Assembly (NCBI GenBank): GCA_038087875.1
Contig: CM075994.1
Coordinates: 8,372,001 to 8,436,000 of the forward strand
DNA: 64,000 nucleotides
DNA from: Malacoraja senta
Taxonomy: Eukaryota
Direction of reading: 5' to 3'
The first letter of the stretch is position 1. Every line of letters begins with the position of its first letter. The notes under the pieces were generated by a model. That model did not search any database and was not told where the DNA came from. It saw only the letters and a program-made list of their open reading frames with translations. Positions 27,609 to 41,444 of this stretch are shown here, piece by piece. The position numbers and the translations under genes are program-made.

Positions 27609-29971
27609 GTAAGTGAGATCTCTAATGCCCTTCAAACAGCCGCTCTTCGATTGAGAGAACAGTCTTCAATTCTTCAGTCGTAGGAGCAGAATCACAGGCA
27701 GCTAATTCCAGATCTTACACCCCAGCGGTATGGATATTGAAGATGGACACAAAAAGCTGGAGTAGCTCAGCGGGACAGGCAGCATTTATCGTTGACAAGG
27801 GATGGGTAACGTCACCATTCCTTCTCTCCAGAGACGCTGCCTGTCCGCTGTTACTCCAGCTATTTGAGCCTATCTTCGGCTTAAACCAGCATCTGCAGTT
27901 CCTTCCTACTCTTTCTGTCCTGGACCTCCTCCACTGTCAGAGTGAGGCCCAGCGCTAATTGGAGGAACAGCACCTCATAAGTTTCTTGGGCAACTTACAC
28001 CCCAGCGGTATGAACATTGACTTCTCTAACTTCAAGTAACCCTTGCTTTACCCTCTCTCTCCATCCCTCTCCCTTCCCAGTTCTCCGACTTTTCTGATTG
28101 TCTCCCTGATTAAATTGTATATCTGTTGAGGAAGGAGCTGCAGATGCTGGAACAATTGAAGGTAGACAAAAATGCTGGAGAAACTCAGCGGGTGAGGCAG
28201 CATCTATGGAGCGAAGGAATGGGTGATGTTTCGGGTCGAAACTCTTCTTCAGACTGATGTGCTTTGGTTGTCACCTTACCCTTCCTTATCTCTGTGTCTC
28301 CCTGTATGTCTCCACATCATCGTCTATATCTCTCGTTTCCCCCTTCCCTGACACTCAGTCTGAAGATGGGTTCCGACCCGAAACGTCACCCATTCCTTCT
28401 CTCCAGAGATGCTGCCTGGCCCGCTGAGTGACTCCAGCATTTCGTGTCTATCTACTGCTTTGACCTGTGGAGGTTCGATAGAGTATTTCTCAACACGCAA
28501 AACTCAAACTTCTGCGGAAGTAGGTGTTGGTGAGTTTTCCTTATGAGTGTATCGAAGTGCCCAGTAGCCCAGCACAGATCAGTGGAACAACATACAACAA
28601 ATGCGGCCTCACCAACTTCTTATACAACAGCAACATGACCTCCCTGTTTCAGTTTAGTTTATTGTCACGTGTACCCAAAGTTATTGTTTTTTGCACAATA
28701 CATGCGACTCAAACTGTTGTGAATATTTAGTTTAAAAATAATGATCATGGAGAGAGAATAACACAAAATATAGATAATTTAGATGGCTTATGACATGATT
28801 GTCCAAACAAAATGGGCATTTTAATCATCTTGCTTCTGGAACGCGATCGATTGGAATGTTGCATTTGCGGTGAATTTGAACCCCATATCGGCAGGAAAGA
28901 CAATGGCGGTTTGTATGGGGCCCAAATCACATTTTCGCAACGTAAAATTAGATTAAAGCCATCCCAAGAAGCAAGATTATATGTAAAATATACCACTTAC
29001 CCTTTGTTTTGTCCCGTTCTTGCGATCCGCCACGTTGTAGGCATTGAGGGCGTAAGAAGCCGTTTTTTATTTTAATCCAATTATTAAATTTTTAAATATA
29101 CCGGGAACGGAATTCCGATCGATTTTTCTTCATCAGCTAGCAGCCTGAGGAAATCAGCCTCCGACAGGCAGTACAAAACTGGATTTTAATCACCCCCCCC
29201 CCCAAAGGCGCCAAAGTCGTGCACACGGCCAGTGGCAGAACTGCAGTGCCGCTGAAGGTAGGTATTGTAACATCGCTATTCGATGCTGGTCTAGTCATTG
29301 CAGGCTGAAGATAGAAACAAAAAGCTGGAGTAACTCAGCTGGACAGGCAGCATCTCTGGAGAGAAGGAATGGATGACGTTTCGGGTCGAGACCCTTCTTC
29401 AGACTGAGAGTCTGGGGAGAGGGAAACGAGAGAGAAAGCCGGTGATGTAGAGAAATAAAGAACAATGAATGAAAGAGATGTAAAAAAGTAACGATGGTAA
29501 AGGAAACAGGCCATTGTTCGCTGTTTGCTGGGTGAGAACGAGAAGCTGGTGTGACTTGGTTGGGGAGGGATGGAGAGAGAGGGAATGCCGGGGTTATCTG
29601 AAGTTAGAGAAATCAGTATTCATATCGCTGGGCTGTAAGCTGCCCACTCAAGTCTCACCAGCTTCCCTTTCTCACCCAGCAAACAGCTAACAATGGCCTG
29701 TTTCTTTTTATCAACGTTACTTTTTTGCATATCTTTCATTCATTGTTCTGTATCTCTCTACATCACCGTATAAATCTCCCATTTCCCTTACCCCTGTGTC
29801 CCTCAGCCTGAAGAAAGGTGTCGACCCGAAACGTTACCCATTCCTTCTCTCCACAAGATGCTGCCTGTCCCGCTAAGTTACGCCAGCTCGTTGTGTTTAT
29901 CTTCAGTGTAAACCAGTGTCTGTGGTTCCGACCCACACATTTAGTCACTCCTTGCTCCTGTTTTGCTGCAG

Positions 29972-30087
29972 GTGGGCTCATGGAGGAACTGGACGTTAGC
30001 AACATCCAGTTCGTTTCCTCCCCGTACGTCATCGACCTATCGAGGACAACCAGCTACTTCACCCCTGAGCTCCCGTTCAACGTTCTG
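29972..30087 (+). CDS. C4: Complement C4-like, exon 10
   Basis: (S)GLMEELDVSNIQFVSSPYVIDLSRTTSYFTPELPFNVL; 116 nt, phase 1 to 0; CAG/GTGCGT. Confidence 0.93.
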
Positions 30088-31289
30088 GTGCGTATTACCT
30101 CACCCAGCTGCAACTAAGTGTATCGTGCCTCATGAAATGTATACAGTGGAATTTAGAAGGATGAGCGGGTAGCTTATTGAAACATAGAAGATTATTGAGG
30201 GAGATTGTACATGCTAGAGGCAGGAAACGTGTTCCAGAACCAGGGGCCACAGTTTAAGAATAAGGGGTCGGCCATTTAGAACGGAGACGAGGAAAAACGT
30301 TTTCACCCAGAGAGTTGTGAATCTGTGAAATTCTCGGCCTCAGAAGGCAGTGGAGGTCGATTCTCTGGATGCTTTCAAGAGAGAGTTAGAGCTGTTAAAG
30401 ACAGTAGAGGTGGTATATGGGGAGGGCAGGAATGGGGTACTGAATGTGGATGATCAGCCATGATCACAGTGAATGGCAGTGCTGGATCGAAGGGCCGAAT
30501 GGCCTACTCCTGCACCTATTGTCTATTGTCTATTGAAATGTTCATTCATAAAATCATAAGTTCATAAATTCGGAAGTTCTGAGATGCACAGTAAAGAACT
30601 ATCTGCTCCCGTCAGGCAGAAGGTATAGAAGCTTCACAAGTTCACATCATAGAAGCAGAATTAGGCCATTCGGCCCATCAAGTCTACTCTGCCAATCAAT
30701 CATGGCTGTTCTATCTCTCCCTCCCAACCCCATTCTCCTGCCTTTTCCCCATAACCCCTGACACCGTACTGATCAAGAATCTATCTATCTCTGCCTTAAA
30801 AATATCCACTGACTTGTGGCCTCCACAGCCATCTGTGGCAATGAATCCTGCAGATTCACCATCCCCTGACTAAATATATTCCTCTTCATCTTTCTAAAGG
30901 AACCTCCTTTTATTCTGAGGCTATGACGTGTAGACAGTCAAAGGTTTGTCTAGGAATCACGTTGTGGGCCGAAGGGCCTGTGCCTGCACTGTGCACAATT
31001 CTACAAAACTTGTTGATGGAAGTTGATGGAAAATCTCAATGAAAATGGAATAGAAAGGAACTGCAGATGCCAGTCTACCAAAGATAGGCCCAAAGTGCTA
31101 GAGTAACGCAGAGGGTCAGGCAGCATCTCCGGATAAAATAGAACTTTTTAGAATATTTTTTTTTAGTTTAGAAAATGATTTTTCGGAAACTAAAATGGCG
31201 ATCCATTTCCTACAAATATGCTGCCTGAGTTATTCCAGCACCCTGTGTCTCTCTTTAAAAATCGCAAAGACTCCACCAGCACTGAGTTC

Positions 31290-31790
31290 AGTTTAGATAA
31301 GTTTACATTTCCCGTCCACAATTCGATGCAATCAAGCCGTCCAAAGTGTACAGATACACGATAAATGGAATAACGTTTGTTGTCAGCTAAAGTCCAGTAA
31401 AGTCTGATTAAAGATAGTCCGACGGTCTCCAATGAGGTAGATGTGTGGTCAGGACCGCTCTCTAATTGGTGGTAGGATGGTTCACCTGCCAGATAACAGC
31501 TGGGAAGAAACTGTCCCTGAATCTGGAGGTGTGCGTTTTCATACTTCTGTGCCTCTTGTCCGATGGGAGAGGGGAGAAGAGAGATTGATCGGGGTGCGAC
31601 TGGTCCTTAATTATTTTTGGGAAACTAAAATGGCGATCCATGCTGCTGCACCCGCTGAGTTTCTCCAGCATTTTTGTGTACCTTTGGTCCTTAATTATGC
31701 TGCTGGTCTTGCCGAGGCAACGTGAGGTATAAATGGAGTCAATGAAAGGGAGGTTGGTTTGTGTGATGGTCTGGGCTGCGTCCACAATTC
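31290..31790 (-). mobile_element. Rex1/Babar-type LINE 3' fragment
   Basis: SSIIKDQSHP..LFSPLPS..RHRSMKTHTSRFRDSFFPAVI; similar pieces at about 32660..33230 and 61090..61610. Confidence 0.65.
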
Positions 31791-32322
31791 ACAATTCAAT
31801 GCAATGAACCCCTCCATAGTGTACCGATACAGGATAAAGGGAATAACGTTTAATCCAAGATAAAGTCCGATAGTCCGAGGTTCTCCATTGAGGCAGATGG
31901 GAAGTCAGGACTGCTCTCCAGTTGTGATAGGATGGTTCAGTTTGCTGGGAGAAGGATAGTGAGAGAATGTTCACCAAGAGAGTTGTGAATCTGTGGAAGT
32001 CTCTGCAGCAGAAGGCAGTGGTGGCAAATTCACTGGATGTTTTCAAGAGAGATTTAGATTTAGCTCTCAGGGCTAATGGAATCAAGGGATATGGGGAAAA
32101 AGCAGGAACGGGATACTGATTTTGTAGTGATGAACCATGATCATATAAAATGGCGGTGCTGGCTTGAAGGGGCACCTATTTTCTCTGCTTCTATGAGAAG
32201 AGGGCGTGAGACTGGTCCTTGGTTCTGCTGCCGGCCTTTCCGAGGCAGCGTGAGGTGTATCAGGGGATCCTGGCGACTCGACTAGAAGCTTTGCTGACGT
32301 CCGCTGTGGGTTTATGTCGCAG

Positions 32323-32466
32323 GTCCGGGTAACTTATCCTGATGGGTCTCCTGCTACCAACGTCCCAGTCCGGCTAGAGAGATACGACAGTTTCAAAACA
32401 AAAGGGGATGGAATGGTTTTGTTATCAATGTCACCACCATCCGACACAGAGGCATTTGACATCAAG
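32323..32466 (+). CDS. C4: Complement C4-like, exon 11 (MG4)
   Basis: VRVTYPDGSPATNVPVRLERYDSFKTKGDGMVLLSMSPPSDTEAFDIK; 144 nt, phase 0 to 0; CAG/GTAAGA. Confidence 0.92.
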
Positions 32467-33974
32467 GTAAGAAAATAGTGTGGGCAATAGAGTGGTCAAA
32501 AAGGCTTTCAGCACATTGGCCTTCATCAGTCAGAGTATTGAGTCTAGAAGTTGGGAGGTCATGTTGCAGTTGTATAATACGTTGGTGAGTCCGCGTTTAG
32601 AGTATTGTGTTCAATTCTGGGCACCGTGTTAAGTGAAAGATGTTGTCCCACCAGCCATAGTCAAGAGTGTTTTATTGTCATATGTCGCGGACAGGACAAT
32701 GACATTCTTATTTGCTGCAGCACAACAGAATATGTGAATATGTAAACATTGTACATAACGGGGGGAAAAAAGATAAAGTTCAATAAATACCAAATATAGT
32801 GCAAATAACAAATAATATAGTATTTTGCAGTTCAGAGCTCATAGCTTATTCGTTGTGTTTAATAGCCTGATGGCAGTGGGGAAGTAGCTGTTTCTGAACC
32901 TGGAAGGTACAGGAATCTTCAGGCTCCTGTACCTTCTTCCTGGTGGTAGTAGTCAGATGAGTGTGTGCCCAGGATGGTGTGGGTCCTTGATGATTTTGGC
33001 TGCCTTTTTGAGGCAGCGACTACGATAGATCCCTTCGACGGTGGGGAGGTCAAAGCCGGTGATGGACTGGGCAGTGGTCACAACTTTTTGTAGGCTTTTT
33101 GGACGTTCAAGTTGCCACAAGGCCACGATGCAACCAGTCAGAATGCTCTCTACCGTGCACCTGTAGAAGTTTAGGAGAATCTTCTTTCACATGCCGAATC
33201 TCCGTAATCTTATCAGGAAGTAGAGTCGCTGATAATGATACAGCACCAAAACAGGTCCTTTCACCCAACCAGCCAACATTTCAAACTGGAAAGGGTTCAG
33301 AGAAGATTTACCAGGATGTTGCCAGGACTCAAGCATCTGAGCTATAGGGAGAAGTTGGGTAGGCTGGGACTCTATTCCTTGGAGAGCAGGAGGATGAGGG
33401 GTGATCTTATACAGGTGTACAACATCATGAGAGGAACAGATCGGGTAGATGCAGCAGAGTGGGGAATCGAGGACCAGAGGACATACGTTCAAGGTAAAGG
33501 GGGAAAGATTTAATAGGAATCAGAGTGTAACTTTGTTCAAGCAAAAGTTGGTGGGTGTATGGAACGAGCTGCCAGTAGTTGGGTCAGGGACTATGGCATC
33601 ATTTAAGAAACAGTCAGACAGACAGATATATGGATAGGTTAAGTTTGGAGGGATATGGGCCAATCACAGACAGGTTGTGGGACTAGTGTAGCTGGGACGT
33701 GTTGGCTGGTGTGGGCAAGTTAGGCCAAAGGGCCTGTTTCAGCGCCATATGACTCTATGACTAAATGGGGTGGCTGGTAGGACAACTTCCTGACACAGAG
33801 AGTGGTGTGGTCTGGAACGAGCTAACAGGGGTGGTGGTGGAGGCAAATAAACCTAACCCAATCCAACCCAACTCAACCCAACTTAAGAAGGGTCTCAACC
33901 CAAAACATCACTCATTCCTTCTCTCCAGAGATGCTGCCTGACCCGCTGAGTGACTCCAGCATTTAGTGTCTATC

Positions 33975-34680
33975 GTCAACCCAATTCAATCCATCTTAAC
34001 CCAACCCAAACAAACCCAACTTAACTCACCCCAACCAAACTCAACCCAAACAACCCAACCCAACCCAACTCAACCCAACCCAACCCAACCGAACCCAACT
34101 CAAACCAACCCAACCCAACTCAACCCAACTCAACCCCTCAAACCAACCCAACCCAACCCAAACCAACCCAACCCAACTCAACCTAACCCAACTCAACCTA
34201 ACCCAACTCAACCCAACTCAACCCAACCAACCTAACTCAACCCAATCTAACGCAAACCAACCAAACTCATCCCAACACATATCAACCCTACCCAATCAAA
34301 CGCAGCCCACCCAACTCAACTCAACCCAACTTAACCCATCCCAACTTAACCCATCCCAACTCATCTCATCCCAACCCAACCAAACCCAACCTAACACAAC
34401 CCAATCCAACACAACACAACCCAACCCTTCCCAACCCAACCCAACTTAACCAAACCCACTTAACCCAACACAACCGCTCAACCCAAACCAACCCAACTCA
34501 TCCCCACTCAACCCAACCTAACTCAACCCAACTTAATCCAACCCAACACAACACAACTCACAACCCAACACAACCCAACACAACCCAACTCAACTAACTC
34601 AACCCAACCAAACCCAACTCAACCCTACCCAACCCAATGCAACTGAACCCAACCCAACCCAACTCAACTCAACCCAAAAC
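33975..34680. repeat. Degenerate (AACCC)n pentanucleotide microsatellite
   Basis: Directly visible; produces the spurious PNPTQ ORF. Confidence 0.9.
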
Positions 34681-34705
34681 CAAAACCAACAAAACTCTCT
34701 GCCAG

Positions 34706-34900
34706 GTATTCGCTGGAGATGAGACGGATGGGGAGATCAGTGAAGCACAGAAGAAAATTCACAAGTACCAGTCGGAGAACAAGAACTATCTCCACATTTC
34801 AATGCCACTGAATGTGCTTCATCCTGAGGAATCGCTGTCTGCAGATATCAGAGTCATTACAGCAGCGAATGCTGGGGAAGTCAAGTGCTATTACTATCTG
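34706..34900 (+). CDS. C4: Complement C4-like, exon 12 (MG4/MG5)
   Basis: VFAGDETDG...YQSENKNYLHIS...VKCYYYL; 195 nt, phase 0 to 0; CAG/GTAAGT. Confidence 0.9.
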
Positions 34901-35549
34901 GTAAGTGCCAATATTCGCATTGCCTTCTGCATTCAAAGTCGACAACAAGCTTCACACCAATGTACAGTGATAATAGTACTTTATTTCTCACATGTGGGCG
35001 CCACCGTTTTTGGCGCCGTTATTCCAAGTCCAAAGTCCGGTCAGCCTGCGCGCTCGATGTTGTGGAGCAGTTCCCGCAAACCGACGTCCCTCTCCTCTCT
35101 TAGCTATTTTTGTGTCCCGGGGACGTCTCCTGCAGCCGAGTTTGAGGGCGCTGGTGGCGTTACCCCGGTTCATCCTCCCACCCGCCCTTGCTCCTAGCGG
35201 CTGCTTCCCGGTTACGCTGTGCATGTGTGTATGTGTGTGTGTACTTGTTAATGCGTGTTCGTGTGTGTGTGCGCGCGCAAGCGTGTGTATACATGACAAC
35301 GTGTGCCTGTGACTATGTGCGTGTTTGTGAGTGTGTGTGTATATTTGCATGTGTGTCCGTGTGCGTGTGAATATGTGCATGTTTATGAGTGTGCGTGTGT
35401 TTGTGAGTGGGTGTGAATGTATGTGTGTGTGAACACATACGCTCAGGCATGGAAACGCATACAAAAGTGAACGTACACATGTGACACGCGCACCGGTACG
35501 CTGAATCCCTGGGGACACATATGGTGAGATGGCTGCTGTGGCAAAACAA

Positions 35550-35875
35550 GGGTGGCAGGTGCCGCAGCGGTAGAGTTGCTGCCTTACAGCCTTGCAGCAC
35601 CAGAGACCCGGGTTCCATCCTGACTACGGGTGCTGCCTGTTCGAAGTTTGTACCTTCTCCCCGTGACCTGCGTGGGTTTTCCGCGAGATCTCCGGTTTCC
35701 TCCCACACTACAAAGACGTGCAGGTTTGTAGGTTAATTGGCTTGGTATAAGTGTCAAATATCCCGAATGTGTGCAGGATAGTGTTAGTGTGTGGGGATCG
35801 CTGGTCGGCGCGGACTCGGTGGGCCGAAGGGCCCGTTTCCACGCTGTAACTCTGAACTAGACTGAACTGGACTAA
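35550..35875 (+). mobile_element. HE1-like V-SINE
   Basis: tRNA-like head, V core; tail ends about 20 nt before exon 13. Confidence 0.8.
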
Positions 35876-35894
35876 AGTGCTGCTCTCTCCGTAG

Positions 35895-36089
35895 ATCATC
35901 AGCAAGGGCAAGGTTGTGAAGATGGGCCACGTGCACAAGTCGGAGCTGACCAAACTCACTGTGCCACTGAGTTTGGAGATGGTCCCTTCCTTCCGCCTCG
36001 TCCTCTACTATTTCATCAGTGTCGGCGGCAAGACTGAGATGGTCGCTAACTCCGCCTGGATTGATGTGAAAGATGTCTGCGAGGCGGAG
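35895..36089 (+). CDS. C4: Complement C4-like, exon 13 (MG5/MG6)
   Basis: IISKGKVV...EMVPSFRLVLYYF...EMVANSAWIDVKDVCEAE; 195 nt, phase 0 to 0; TAG/GTACGA. Confidence 0.94.
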
Positions 36090-38615
36090 GTACGAATATA
36101 AGCATAAAATTGTCCCTGTGTGTGTGTGTGTGTGGGTGGGTGTGTCGGATAGTGTGAGTGTGCGGGGATCGCTGGTTGGCACAGACTCGGCGGGCCAAAC
36201 GGCCTGGTTCCGTGCTGTATCTTCACATAGAAACATAGAAAACAGGTGCAGGAGTCGGTCATTCGTCCCTTCGAGCCAGCACTGCCATTGAATATGATCA
36301 TGGCTGATCATCCACAATCAGTACCCCGTTCCTGCTTTCTCCCCATACCCGTTGATTCCGTTATCCCTAAGAGCTAAATCTAACTCTCTCTTGAAAACAT
36401 CCAGTGAATTGGCTTCCACTGCCTTCTGTGGCAGAGAATTCCACAGATTCACAACTCTGGGTGAAAAAGTTTTTCCTCATCTCACTCCTAAATGGCCTTA
36501 CTGTGACCCTGGTTCTGGACTTCCCCCAACATCGGGAACATTGTTTCCTGCATCTAACCTGTCTAATCCCTAAAGAATTTTATATGTTTCTATAAAATCC
36601 ATCTGTATTTCAAGGAGCATGTAGTTTGGAATTGCAGATGCTGGTTTACACCGAAGATAGACACAAAGTGCTGGAGTAACTCAGCGGGTCAGGCAGCATC
36701 TCTGGAGAGAAGGGATGGGTGAAGGGTTTTGGGTCGAGACCCTTCTTCAGACTGAGAGTCAGAGGAGAGGGAGACAGAGATAAGGAAGGTAAAATGTGAA
36801 AACGAGACATCAAAAGAGATGCGAATTTAGGAAAATGTAGAATAGGTCATCGTTAGTGAGGAGAAGATGAAAACAAAGCAAACAGATATAAAATGCAGTC
36901 GGGGGGACAATCAGACTGGTCGGAGAACTGGGAAGGGGGAGGGAGGGAGAGAGAGGGAAAGCAAGGGTTACTTGAAGTTGGAAAAGTTAATGTTCATGCC
37001 GCTGGGGTGTAAGCTGTAGAATGTAGAGCCTGAGATATGACGGGCATGATGTGTAAACAGAAGGCTGTGGAGCCCAAGTCAGTGGGTACTTTTAATGTAG
37101 AGATAGATAGATTCATGATTAGTACAGGTGTCAGGGGTTATGGGGAGAAGGCAGGAGAATGGGGTTAGGAGGGAGAGACAGATCAGCCATGATTGAATGG
37201 TGGTGTAGACTTGATGGGCCAAATGGCCTCATTCTACTCCTATCACATGATCTTACGAAAACAAGACATCAAAGGGGATGATGCTCAAGGAATATGTAGA
37301 AGAGATCATTGTTAGCTCGGAGAAGTTGACAACGAATCATACAGACATACAAAGTCCTCCAGGTTACATTTTTTTCTTTGTATACCTCGTTGTCACCTTC
37401 GCCTAGCTAACAATGATCTATTCTACATTTGCTCTAGATCCCCTTTGAAGTTTGATTTTCACACCTTACCCGTCCATATCTATGTATCTCCCTCTCCCCT
37501 GACCCTCAGTCTGAAGAAGGGTCTCGTCCCGAAACGTCACCCGTTCCTTCTCTCCAGAGATGCTGCCTACCCCGCTGAGTTACTCCAGCATTTTGTGTCT
37601 TTAACTTAGCAGAGGTGAAGCGATCTTATGTGCAGGAAGGAACTGCAGATTCCGGTTTAAACCGATCATAGACACAGAAAACTGCAGTAATTCAGCGGGA
37701 CAGGCAGCATATCTGGAGAGAAGGAATGGGTGACGTTTCGGGTCGAGACCCTTCTTCAGACTAGTTAGGGATAAGGGAAACGAGAGATATAGATGGTGAT
37801 GTAGTGAGATAAAGTACAATGAATGAAAGATAGGCAAAAAAGTAACGATGAAAAGGAAACAGGCCATTGTTAACTGTTTGTTGGGTGAAAACGAGAAGCT
37901 GGTGCGACTTGGGTGGGGGAGGGATGGAGAAAGAGGGAATGCCGGGGTGATCTTATACCTTAATAGTCCTTCTAGCAATGACCAGAACAAGAATAAACAG
38001 CATTCTGATTTTCTCAGTCATACAGCAGGAAACAGGCCCTTCGGCCCAACTTGCCCATGCCGACCAAATGCAGGGCTCTCACTTAACCTTTTTCCCCTGT
38101 TGCCAGCCGGGCAACCTTGAGAGCTTTTTAGGTTGCCATATGACAGTTTAGGTGGTCATTTAAGAAGGTTTGCATGACGCGTGCGATAATGTACTCAGAC
38201 GAAGTGCATAGTTACCAGTCGGAATTATGCTCAATGAAGCATTCACATATTATGCTCAAGAAGGAACTGCAGATGCTGGAAAATCGAAGATAGACAAAGG
38301 TGCTGCAGAAACTCAGCAGGTGCAGCAACATCTATGGAGCGAAGGAAATAGGCAACGTTTCAGGCCAAAACCCATCAGTCTGAAGAAAGGTTTCGGCCGG
38401 AAACGTTGCCTATTTCCTTCGCTCCATAGATGCTGCCGCATCCGCTGAGTTTCTCCAGCACTTTTGTCTACATTCACATTATTTCTGCTTCAAATAACTC
38501 ACAAACTAAACATATTCACCAATCAAGACATGATATATACCACAATGACATGCAGCAAAATTATAATACAATATCCCAACTCTTTTTACATATTGCAATT
38601 AATGCAACTTCTATT

Positions 38616-40805
38616 ATAACCATATAACCATATAACCATAACAGCACGGAAACAGGCCATCTCGGCCCTTCAAGTCCGTGCCGAACATTTTTTTTTTTTT
38701 TTTTTTTTTTTAATTAAAAATAAATACTTCCCCCTAGTCCCATCTACCTGCACTCAGACCATAACCCTCCATTCCTTTCCCGTCCATATACCCATCCAAT
38801 CTATTTTTAAAGGATAACATCGAAGCTGCCTCCACCACTTCCACTGGAAGCTCATTCCACACAGCTACCACTCTCTGAGTAAAGAAGTTCCCCCTAATGT
38901 TCCCCCTAAACTTCTGTCCCTTAATTCTCAAGTCATGTCCCCTTGTTTGAATCTTCCCTACTCTCAATGGGAAAAGCTTATCCACGTCCACTCGGTCTAA
39001 CCCGCTCATAATTTTAAAGACCTCTATCAAGTCCCCTCTTAACCTTCTGCGCTCCAAAGAATAAAGGCCTAACTTGTTCAACCTTTCTCTGTAACTTAGT
39101 TGCTGAAACCCAGGCAACATTCTGGTAAATCTCCTCTGTACTCTCTCTATTTTGTTGACATCCTTCCTATAATTAGGCGACCAAAATTGTACTCCATACT
39201 CCTGAATTGGCCTCACCAATGCCTTGTACAATTTTAACATTACATCCCAACTTCTATATTCAATGCTCTGATTTATAAAGGCCAGCACACCAAAAGCTTT
39301 CTTTACCACCCTATCTACATGAGATTCCACCTTCAGGGAACTATGCACAGTTATTCCTAGATCCCTCTGTTCAACTGCATTCCTCAATTCGCTACCATTT
39401 ACCGTGTACGTCCTATTTTGATTTGTCCTGCCGAGATGTAGCACCTCACATTTGTCAGCATTAAACTCCATCTGTCATCTTTCAACCCACTCTTCCAAAT
39501 GGCCTAAATCTCTCTGTAGACTTTGAAAATCTACTTCATTATCCACAACACCACCTATCTTAGTATCATCTGCATACTTACTAATCCAATTTTCCACACC
39601 ATCATCCAGATCATTGATGTACATGACAAACAACAGTGGACCCAACACAGACCCCTGAGGCACCCCACTAGTCACCGGCCTCCAACCTGACAAACAGCCA
39701 TCCACCATTACTCTCTGGCATCTCCCATTCAGTCACTGTTGAATCCATCTTGCTACTCCACCATTAATACCCAACAATTGAATCTTCTTAACCAACCTTC
39801 CATGAGGAACCTTGTCAAAGGCCTCACTGAAGTCCATATAGACAACATCCACTGCTTTACCCTCATCAATTTCCCTAGCAACCTCTTCGAAAAATTCAAG
39901 AAGATTAGTCAAGCATGACCTTCCAGGCACAAATCCATGTTGACTGTTCCTAATCAGACCCTGCTTATCCAGGTGCTTATATATATTATCTTTAAGTATC
40001 CTTTCCATTAATTTGCCCACCACTGACGTCAAACTAACAGGTCTATAATTGCTAGGTTTACTCTTCGAACCCTTTTTAAACAACGGAACAACATGCGCAG
40101 TACGCCAATCCTCCGGCACTATTCCCGTTTCTAATGACATTTGAAATATTTCTGTCATAGCCCCTGCTATTTCTACACTAACTTCCCTCAATGTCCTAGG
40201 GAATATCCTGTCAGGACCTGGAGACTTATCCGTTTTCATATTTTTGAAAAGTGTCCGCACCTCCTCTTCTTTGAATCTCACAGTTTCCATTGCTACTCTG
40301 CTCGTTTCCCTTACCTCACATAATTCCATATCCTCCTTCGTGAATACCGAAGAAAAGAAATTGTTCAATATATCCCCCATCTCTTTTGGCTCTGCAGATA
40401 GCTGTCCACTCTGACTCTCTAATGGACCAATTTTATTCCTTGTTATCCTTTTGCTATTAATATAGCTGTAGAAACCCTTTGGATTTACTTTCACCTTACT
40501 TGCCAAAGCAACCTCATATCTTCTTTTAGCTTTTCTAATTTCTTTCTTAATATTCTTTTTACATTCTTTATACTCCTCAAGCACCTCATTTACTCCATGC
40601 TGCCTATAATTATTGTAGATCTCTCTCTTTTTCCGAACCAAGTGTCCAATTTCCCTTGAAAACCATGGCTCTTTCCATTTTTTACTATTTCCTTTCAACC
40701 GAACAGGGACATAAAGATTATGTACTCTTACAATTTCACCCTTAAATGTCCTCCATTTTTCTTCTACATCCTTCCCATAAAACAACATGTCCCAATTCAC
40801 TCCTA
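38616..40805 (-). mobile_element. CR1 LINE of a second subfamily, 5'-truncated
   Basis: ORFs 39733..40800, 39475..39708 and 38734..39471 with NYRPVSLTS, QHGF, DFSEAFDKVPH, KYADDTK; (ATATGGTT)n tail. Confidence 0.95.
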
Positions 40806-41444
40806 TTAGTTCTTTCCACTTCCAAACAAAAATGTGGTTGCAGTATTCAGCATTTGATCAACCTGTGTCAATAAATCCTGGACCATGGTAACATATATGC
40901 TTAACCATACACACTACAGATTGATGCAAGCATGTTTTCTGTGAAGGACCGAAAATTACCTTGACATGGCCATAGCATGGGTCGTTATTGTTATTGGCAC
41001 AGAAACACTCTGGCTTCCCACATAATTAATCCATAACAAAATATACAGGTTGCAAGGAAATTTCTAAAGGCATTTTATGATAATAGCTGTTAAAACCGAC
41101 TATACCCATCTGACAGGTTAAATATCACACTAACTGACAAGAGATGGCCAAAGGACATAACTGCAGCAAATGTTCTTTTGGTAATATGTTTAAAGGTGTC
41201 AAAACAAATAATAACATTGGGAATGAAAATACATTTGATTGCATTCAGTTATCAAATATAGTCAATGTTCGCTCTGAAGACCATGAAGCACAATACGGTC
41301 AGGAAGTGTGTGAATCAGTGCGGGGTGGATAGATGGCGGGTGCGGGGGGGGGGTTGAGAAGGCAATCAGTGCGGAATGGATGGATTGAGGCAGGTGAATT
41401 AGTACGTGTTGTTTGGAGTATGTAAAATTGTGAGGGGAGAGCAC

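Noticed and set aside
33966..34235. PNPTQ-repeat protein
   Set aside because: Translation of the (AACCC)n microsatellite; intronic
40810..41330. Transposase remnant inside the hAT-like element
   Set aside because: No sustained reading frame or recognisable transposase motif
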